Assembly (NCBI GenBank): GCA_963662625.1
Contig: OY759726.1
Span: 224,001 to 288,000, forward strand
Direction: 5' to 3'
Length of the DNA stretch: 64,000 nucleotides
Source of the DNA: Nitrosopumilus sp.
Lineage (GTDB): Archaea > Thermoproteota > Nitrososphaeria > Nitrososphaerales > Nitrosopumilaceae
In this document: in pieces, positions 58,214-64,000 of the stretch
Layout: the number at the start of each line of letters is the position of its first letter
Numbering within the stretch: position 1 is the first letter of the stretch
Notes under the pieces: model-generated
What the model was told of the DNA's origin: nothing
Database searches by the model: none
The model's input: the letters and a program-made list of their open reading frames with translations, nothing else
Program-made: the position numbers and the translations under genes

Positions 58214-58315
58214 CTACCCGGACCTTGGCTTTCCGGCCTTGGACTGCTTCGTCCTGCGCCTCTCGGCCCGCTGATCGGCGCGCCTCCCGTGCTTGCCCTT
58301 CTTCCTGAGCGGCAT
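58214..58315 (-). CDS. Small basic protein (33 aa)
   Basis: MPLRKKGKHGRRADQRAERRRTKQSKAGKPRSG; fills an intergenic gap. Confidence 0.4.
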   Translation of the reverse strand: MPLRKKGKHGRRADQRAERRRTKQSKAGKPRSG

Positions 58316-58339
58316 GGGGGCGGTTGGGGGCGGCGCTAG

Positions 58340-59497
58340 TTAATTGTTGCCATTGGCGCGCACCCCCAGGAAGTCAAACCCCTCGCAGGCGCACGCGCCC
58401 CCCAGGATCCCGCTTATCCCAGGGCTGACGCCGTCCCCCTCGACGAACCGCCTTACCGGCAGGCCGCCCTCGGCCTCGACCACCATGCAGAACCCCCGCT
58501 CGGACGTCCTCCTGTACCTGGTGCAGGAGACGGACTTTTCGGAGCGCTTCCCTGACGGCTCGTAGACCACGACCGGCGAGAGGAGGGAGGGCTTCAGCCG
58601 CCGGAGGGCCCGCGCCGAGACGGGGCCCTCCGTCGAGACCCTGATCTTGATCGTCGAGGAGAACCTCACCGGCATCCTGGGCAGGCCGGCGAGGATCCTG
58701 CAGCCGCGCAGTTCCACGGGGCCGAGCCGGATCCGGCGCGGGAGCCCCGGGCTCCGCCTGTCGGGATCGTGGATCCTCGCGAAGAACGGCCTCCCGTCGC
58801 CCAGCACCAGGCTGTCCCTGTCCTCGCCGCCGACCCAGGTGAACCTCACCGTGGAGCAGCCGAACCGCGAGAAGAGATCCCCGGAGATCCGCCCCTCGAC
58901 GCTGTCAAACGAGTCGATCCCGTGGAAGCCGCACGCCGCGCACCCCCCGCCCGAGCAGCCCGCGCAGGGCGCCTGCCTCTGCGGGAACCCGCGCCGGGTC
59001 TTGGCGTAGGCGCCGTAGAGCACCACCGGCTTTGCCCGCGCCGCGCACGACATGTCCCGGGTGTCGACCGTGAGCGTGAGGTCGGGGTCGAGCGCGTCGG
59101 GCGCCCCGCCGGCCTTCCGGGAGAACCGCCTCGAGAGGTCCCGCGTGAGGCCGGTCTTGAAGCTGTCCGCCCCCCGGAGCCTGAACTTGGATCGGACCAG
59201 GTCGTCCCGGTCCATCACGGACGGCCTGACCCGGGCCCCCACCGCGAATGTCGCGAACTCGCGCCCCGACGACGCCTCGAGCATCAGATCCAGCATCCGC
59301 CCCAGGGAGGACGAGAGGTCCCGGCAGACGTAGCACCTGCCGGGCGCCGCGGCGCCCCCCCTGAGCCGCCTGCCGAGGAGCCTGCTCGGCGGCGCCCCCG
59401 GCCGCCTTGCAAGCAGCCTGCCGAGGCAGCTGTCGCACAGGCTGTACTCCCTCAGGATCCTGCCTGCTGCGGGGAGGAGCTCCCGGATTCCGGCCAT
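58340..59497 (-). CDS. pus10: tRNA pseudouridine(54/55) synthase Pus10
   Basis: LCDSCLGR, GGEDRD..LGDGRPF, EGGL; next to SRP54. Confidence 0.85.
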   Translation of the reverse strand: MAGIRELLPAAGRILREYSLCDSCLGRLLARRPGAPPSRLLGRRLRGGAAAPGRCYVCRDLSSSLGRMLDLMLEASSGREFATFAVGARVRPSVMDRDDLVRSKFRLRGADSFKTGLTRDLSRRFSRKAGGAPDALDPDLTLTVDTRDMSCAARAKPVVLYGAYAKTRRGFPQRQAPCAGCSGGGCAACGFHGIDSFDSVEGRISGDLFSRFGCSTVRFTWVGGEDRDSLVLGDGRPFFARIHDPDRRSPGLPRRIRLGPVELRGCRILAGLPRMPVRFSSTIKIRVSTEGPVSARALRRLKPSLLSPVVVYEPSGKRSEKSVSCTRYRRTSERGFCMVVEAEGGLPVRRFVEGDGVSPGISGILGGACACEGFDFLGVRANGNN

Positions 59498-59509
59498 GGC
59501 GCGGCCCGG

Positions 59510-60838
59510 CTAGCCCAGCCCCATGCGCTTCAGGGCGCCCCGCATCTGCCTCCCCCTCGACGCCTTCATTATGCTCTTGGAGTTCTTGTAGTTCTTGAGC
59601 AGATCCTTGACGTCGTGTTCGGGCCAGCCGGAGCCCCTCGCGATCCGCTTTACCCTGTTGGCGTTCTTCAGCAGGTCGGGGTCGGACTTTTCGGCCGCCG
59701 TCATGCTCTGTATTATGTACCTCCACCGGGACACCTTCTCCTCCATCTGCCCCAGCTGGTCGTCCTTGATCATGCCGGAAAGGCCCGGCATGCTGTCCAG
59801 CAGCCCCCTGAGGGATCCCACCTTCGTCACCTCCTCGAGCTGGTAGAAAAAGTCCTCCATGTTCATCTTCCCGCTGGTGATCCGCCTCATCCTGACGTCG
59901 TCGCCCTCGCTCTCCAGCCGCTTGGCCAGGTCCAGTACCGCCTGGACGTCGCCCATCCCCAGCAGCCTTCCCACGAACCTCGTGGGGGAGAACTTCTCGA
60001 GATCGTCTATGCGCTCCCCCGTGCCTATGTACATGATCCTGGCCCCGGTGGCCGCCGACGCTGCTATCGCGCCGCCGCCCTTCGCGGAGCTGTCCAGCTT
60101 CGTTATTATGATCCCCCCCACCGGCACCGTCTTGTGGAACGCCTCGGCCTGCCCGAAGCACTGCTGGCCGATCGTCCCGTCGATCACGAGCAGCGCGAGC
60201 TCGGGGTCGGCCGCCCTGTTGATGGCGTCCATCTCCTCCAGCAGGTCGCGCTCCTCCTTGTGCCGGCCCGCCGTGTCGATCAGTATGACGTCGAGGGGCT
60301 GGCCCCCAAAGTGGCCCAGGCCGTTCCTGACCGTCGCTGCCGGGTCCTTGCTGCCCTCCTCCCCGTACACCTCGGCGCCCGACTTTTCGCACATGGTCCT
60401 CAGCTGGACCAGCGCCCCGGGCCTGTACGTGTCGGCCCCTATCACCCCCACGGAGTACCCCTGCCTCGTCAGGAACCTGGCAAGCTTCGACGCCACCGTG
60501 GTCTTGCCGCTGCCCTGGATCCCCAGCAGGATGATCCTGTTCTGCCTGCCGGGCTTGAACGAGAACTCGGCCTCGTCCCCGAGCAGCCTTGCCAGCTCGT
60601 CGTAGAGGATCTTCACTATGTGGTCCTTCCTAGAGAGGCCCGGCGGCGGGGCCTCGTTGAGGGAGCGCTCCCTCAGGCGCCCCGTGATCTCCGACACCAG
60701 GCGGACGTTCACGTCGGAGGTCAGCAGCGCCCTCTGGACGTCCCTGCACAGCTCGTCTATCAGGTCCTCGTCCACGCCGGATGACTTTACGACCCTCTTG
60801 ATCGCGGCCCGCAGGTTGTCTTTCAATCCGTCAAGCAT
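59510..60838 (-). CDS. srp54: Signal recognition particle protein Srp54
   Basis: GIQGSGKTT, DTAGRH, TKLD, RIARGSG (M domain). Confidence 0.95.
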   Translation of the reverse strand: MLDGLKDNLRAAIKRVVKSSGVDEDLIDELCRDVQRALLTSDVNVRLVSEITGRLRERSLNEAPPPGLSRKDHIVKILYDELARLLGDEAEFSFKPGRQNRIILLGIQGSGKTTVASKLARFLTRQGYSVGVIGADTYRPGALVQLRTMCEKSGAEVYGEEGSKDPAATVRNGLGHFGGQPLDVILIDTAGRHKEERDLLEEMDAINRAADPELALLVIDGTIGQQCFGQAEAFHKTVPVGGIIITKLDSSAKGGGAIAASAATGARIMYIGTGERIDDLEKFSPTRFVGRLLGMGDVQAVLDLAKRLESEGDDVRMRRITSGKMNMEDFFYQLEEVTKVGSLRGLLDSMPGLSGMIKDDQLGQMEEKVSRWRYIIQSMTAAEKSDPDLLKNANRVKRIARGSGWPEHDVKDLLKNYKNSKSIMKASRGRQMRGALKRMGLG

Positions 60839-61520
60839 TGCTGGTTAGCCTCGCGTCCGTTATTTCAAACATTCCTCTGTACCCGTCCCACGAGCTCCTC
60901 CCGTCGACTATCTCGATCGGGCTGGAGAACAGGGGGCACCCGGTGACGAAGGTCTCCGCCTCCCCGCCCTCGAAGGCCATGTTGAAGCCGTACTCCTCCG
61001 AGAGGCGGGCCAGCGTCCCGACGTCGCCCCTGCCCACCCGCCTTCCCAGCCAGGAGCCGTCCAGGCCGCCCGACGAGACGCTGGTGACGACGTACTCAAA
61101 GCCGTCGTCCAGGAGTGCGTCCATGTACCTGCGGGGGTCGGCCCCCCACAGGGGGGACAGCACCTCGAGGTCGCACCTGCCGCACAGGTCCTCGAACCTC
61201 GACCTCTGGAACTCGCTGAGGATCCCGCCGTGGACGAGGCCGTCGACGCCGTAGTCGTTCTTGGCCTGGAGCAGCACCTGCTTGAGCGCGTCGTCCTCGT
61301 CCTCGGCGCTGTCAAAGTCCGCGCGGGCCGCCACGTGGGGCAGGCGCATGGACCTGGCCTGGAGGCCCGTCCAGGCTATGTTGGGGTAGTGCAGCAGGTG
61401 GCTCTCCCCCGACTTTGGGAAGACCGTCAGCAGGCACCTGACGGCGTGCCCCTGCCTCCGCGCGAGGAACACGGAATACGCGCTGTCCTTCCCCCCGGAG
61501 AACAGCGACGCGAGTTTCAT
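60831..61520 (-). CDS. dph6: Diphthine--ammonia ligase
   Basis: LFSGGKDS, PLW, FEGGEAET. Confidence 0.9.
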   Translation of the reverse strand: MKLASLFSGGKDSAYSVFLARRQGHAVRCLLTVFPKSGESHLLHYPNIAWTGLQARSMRLPHVAARADFDSAEDEDDALKQVLLQAKNDYGVDGLVHGGILSEFQRSRFEDLCGRCDLEVLSPLWGADPRRYMDALLDDGFEYVVTSVSSGGLDGSWLGRRVGRGDVGTLARLSEEYGFNMAFEGGEAETFVTGCPLFSSPIEIVDGRSSWDGYRGMFEITDARLTSNA

Positions 61521-61616
61521 TGTGGGGGTTCGGGGCGGGAGGTTATTTTTGTTTAGGTGCCGGCGGCGTCCCGCTGGCGGGCGCCCGCGCGATCGCCGGG
61601 GGCGCTGGGGTGCTGA

Positions 61617-61683
61617 CGGATGCCTCATTACTCATAATCCTCATCAATGCTCAGTTGGCTTTTCCGCTCATCATCGGCATCCG
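61617..61683 (-). ncRNA. Box C/D guide sRNA (sR-tMet-like)
   Basis: Minus strand: CGGATGCC-G-ATGATGA(C)-GCGGAAAAGCCAA-CTGA(D')-GCAT-TGATGA(C')-GGATTATGAGTA-ATGA(D)-GGCATCCG; 8-bp terminal stem. Confidence 0.8.
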
Positions 61684-61745
61684 AATGGTGCCACGCCGCC
61701 GCCGTATTTTAAAGCAGCCCGCGGGCGCGGGGCGCGCCGGGGGGC

Positions 61746-62645
61746 TCACCCCAGGTCGAGCGGTATGCTGGCGCTGCCCCACGGCTCCAATATCCTGAAG
61801 AAGTAGTCCTTGCCCGCGTCGTACTCGAACGTGGTCCCCCCGTACCCGATGTTGGGGCCGAACAGCATAGAGAACTCCCTGTAGACTCCCGGATCCAGCA
61901 CTATGGCCCCGTTCACAAAGTCCGTCCCGGAGTACTTGAAGGCCTTGTCGCCGTTCCAGACGTCATAGTTGCAGATCGAGGGGCCGGTGCACATGAGGGT
62001 GACGGTGTCGGGGCCGTTGTTCTCGGCAAGCATGCTGATCTCCAGTAGCGCCTGGCCGCTGGGGGTGATCTCAAAGTCGTTTCCCTTGTAGTAGAACGTC
62101 ACCGGGCCCGCCCGGATCTCCTCCCCGTTGGCCCTGTAGTCGTGCGCGGTTATCGCGCCCTCGGCGTCCCGCTCGCAGTTCAGCCTGTCGTACGCCTTGC
62201 GGATCTCAGAGCACGCCTCCAGATCCGCCCGGAGCCGCTCGAGTTCCAGGTCGCCCCCGCCGGGCCCCCCCGGGGCTCCGGCCTGCTGCCCCGCGCCGCC
62301 CTCCGCGGGCGCGATGGCTATGATCCCGACCGACGCCAGGTACTGGATCCCGCTGACAAAGTCGGCGTCGGATATCAGGCCCTGCGACCACCACGCGGCC
62401 GTGTTCTTTACCCAGTCTGGGATCCCGCCTGACTGCTGGTCGGAGGCTTCGGTCGGCGGGAGCACCAGGATCCCCTCGCGGACCAGGTACTGCATGGCCG
62501 AGACGAACTCCGACTCCGATATGGTCCCGTCTGCCCACCAGCCGGCGTTGTTCTTCACCCACTCCGGCACGCCCTCGGCACCCGCGCCCTGCGCCAGCGC
62601 GGCCAGCACCAAGACTGCCGCGATCGCCGAAATTTGTGGCCTCAT
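61746..62645 (-). CDS. Secreted thaumarchaeal protein with duplicated PxWVKNxAxWW motif
   Basis: Signal peptide; VPEWVKNNAGWWADG and IPDWVKNTAAWW repeats. Confidence 0.85.
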   Translation of the reverse strand: MRPQISAIAAVLVLAALAQGAGAEGVPEWVKNNAGWWADGTISESEFVSAMQYLVREGILVLPPTEASDQQSGGIPDWVKNTAAWWSQGLISDADFVSGIQYLASVGIIAIAPAEGGAGQQAGAPGGPGGGDLELERLRADLEACSEIRKAYDRLNCERDAEGAITAHDYRANGEEIRAGPVTFYYKGNDFEITPSGQALLEISMLAENNGPDTVTLMCTGPSICNYDVWNGDKAFKYSGTDFVNGAIVLDPGVYREFSMLFGPNIGYGGTTFEYDAGKDYFFRILEPWGSASIPLDLG

Positions 62646-62806
62646 GGTGTCATGTGCGCGCCATGATATTTAAACTAGTGGTAAAATATTTTCTAGTGCC
62701 AAAAACCGCGGCCCGGCCTACAGGCTGGACGGGTGCGGGAACGGCCTGCGCCGCCCACGCGGGGGCCGGCCGCCGGCTCTGAAGCGGCCACTGGATTTGC
62801 TGGAGG

Positions 62807-63217
62807 CTAGCTCTTGATGCGCATGAGCTTCGTCCGGTCCATCACCTTCCAGTACTCGACGTTCTGGCCGTTCTCCAGCCTGCCCTGGATCTCGTCGTCG
62901 ACCAGCGTCACGTCGATCGTCTCAAAGGTTTCAGAGTCCATGATCTGGATTGTCTCGCCGATTATCGAGATTATCTGGCCGGTCCTTTTGTCTATCAGCG
63001 GGACGTGGATCTGCATGCTGACGGGGCCCACGTGCGGCCTCTTTTGGCCGTCAAAGACGCCCACCCCCACGATCCGCGCCTTGGCCGCGCCGTGCTTGCC
63101 GGGCTTTGACGTGTCGTACTCGACTATCCTGCACGGCTCGCCGGTCGCCTGGTCGCCCACCGGGAGCAGGATGTACGACCCGATCTTCAGCGAACCCAGG
63201 TCTGCCGGCTTGCTCAT
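62807..63217 (-). CDS. eif5a: Translation factor aIF5A
   Basis: SKPGKHGAAK hypusine loop. Confidence 0.96.
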   Translation of the reverse strand: MSKPADLGSLKIGSYILLPVGDQATGEPCRIVEYDTSKPGKHGAAKARIVGVGVFDGQKRPHVGPVSMQIHVPLIDKRTGQIISIIGETIQIMDSETFETIDVTLVDDEIQGRLENGQNVEYWKVMDRTKLMRIKS

Positions 63218-63362
63218 GACAGTGCAGGTTTGCGACGAATATTTAACCTTTCTAATTTTTTCCTGATCCGGAAGGGACCCTGCCCGGCGCCCCGCCGACC
63301 CCCGGGGGCGTTCTTCCTACGGGGTGCCTCCCCGCATCCCGGGCCCAGTACTTGAAAATGTA

Positions 63363-64000
63363 CTAGCCGGCAGACGCCTGGTTGGGCCAGGTCCGGCCGC
63401 CATACGCCGCGCACGCGGCCAGCCTCGCCACGTACTCCAGCATGATCGCCAGCCGGACCGGGGCGGTGTCGCGCCTCCCGTACCACCCGGCGGACCATTC
63501 CACCGAGATCATCCACGGGTCGTGCATGACCAGCGCCATGAAGAACATGAACGTCCTGACTGGGGGGTTCGTGCTGGTGGTCCTGGGCCTGGCCTTCTCG
63601 GCGTCCCCGTGCCCCGTCCCCGTGCCCCGCCCCTTCCCGTGCCCGTCGGGGACGTCGGCGGCTCGGACCGCCCTGCCGGCGCCGGCGTTGGTGGCGTACG
63701 CCAGGTACCTCTCCTGCGCGTCCCCCGGGCCCCACCCGTCCCCGCCCTCCTTCTTCGGGACCATCGCCAGGGTGAACGGCTCCCTCTTGCTCCCGTCCTG
63801 GGGCGCCGGGCGTGCGGGTACGCCGCATCCCTCTCCCCGCGCGCGTGCTCCCCCACGGCCCTCTTTATCCCGGCCGTCCGCGACGCGGGCATGACGAGCC
63901 CGTGGCCCGACCCGGACAGCTCCCCCACTACCCCTGCCGGGAAGAAGCCCCGGCCCGGCAGGACCGTCCCCGGGCGGACGCCCGCGCCAGCGCAGTCACG
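63363..64000 (-). mobile_element. Degenerate ISH3/IS4-like transposase fragment (continues past right edge)
   Basis: YLAYATN...GHGKGRGTGTGHGD..RPRTTSTNPPVRTFMF (cf. YxxRWGIETGYR..RPRTTSxNxxVRxFxF). Confidence 0.65.

Noticed and set aside
63262-63300. CCGGAAGGGA resembling SRP RNA helix 8
   Set aside because: Lacks the AGCAG side and the rest of the SRP fold; lies at the end of the IS relic.
1-64000. cas genes, reverse transcriptase/DGR, rRNA, virion genes
   Set aside because: No corresponding motifs found in any frame by inspection.

Overview
A very GC-rich archaeal chromosomal segment. The gene set and order (class I LysRS, Elp3, the archaeal ADH-synthase/DHQS-II shikimate operon, MqnC plus UbiD, S24e/S27ae, Pus10-SRP54-Dph6, aIF5A, PEWVKNNAGWW-motif secreted protein) point to Nitrosopumilaceae (Thaumarchaeota/Nitrososphaerota). 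A host-associated, e.g. sponge, lineage is plausible but is only an inference. Bases 1-10454 are the right arm of an integrated virus or plasmid-like element. It carries a tyrosine integrase, two divergent paralogous ribbon-helix-helix (RHH) genes sharing an operator-like motif, a Rad52/Sak-like annealing protein, many Zn-finger microproteins, a ParB-DNA methyltransferase fusion, an SF3 (D5-like) helicase with tandem winged helices and an MCM-like tail, an AT-rich palindromic ori candidate, and a GT2 gene running off the left edge. The rest is core genome interrupted by accessory patches: after tRNA-Arg(GCG) (HNH-HIT gene, Tag, decayed BspA/DUF285 gene), inside the aro operon, and three decayed IS fragments. 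Main unexplained signals: (1) a perfect-geometry two-repeat CRISPR-like mini-array (37-bp repeats, 35-bp spacer) with no cas genes; (2) an unannotated ~350-nt highly structured intergenic RNA candidate; (3) apparently one-directional A:T->G:C decay of the dead mobile and accessory genes; (4) an RHH/RHH genetic switch; (5) a box C/D sRNA predicted to guide Cm34 of a CAU-anticodon tRNA. All family assignments come from motif recognition by eye; no searches were run.
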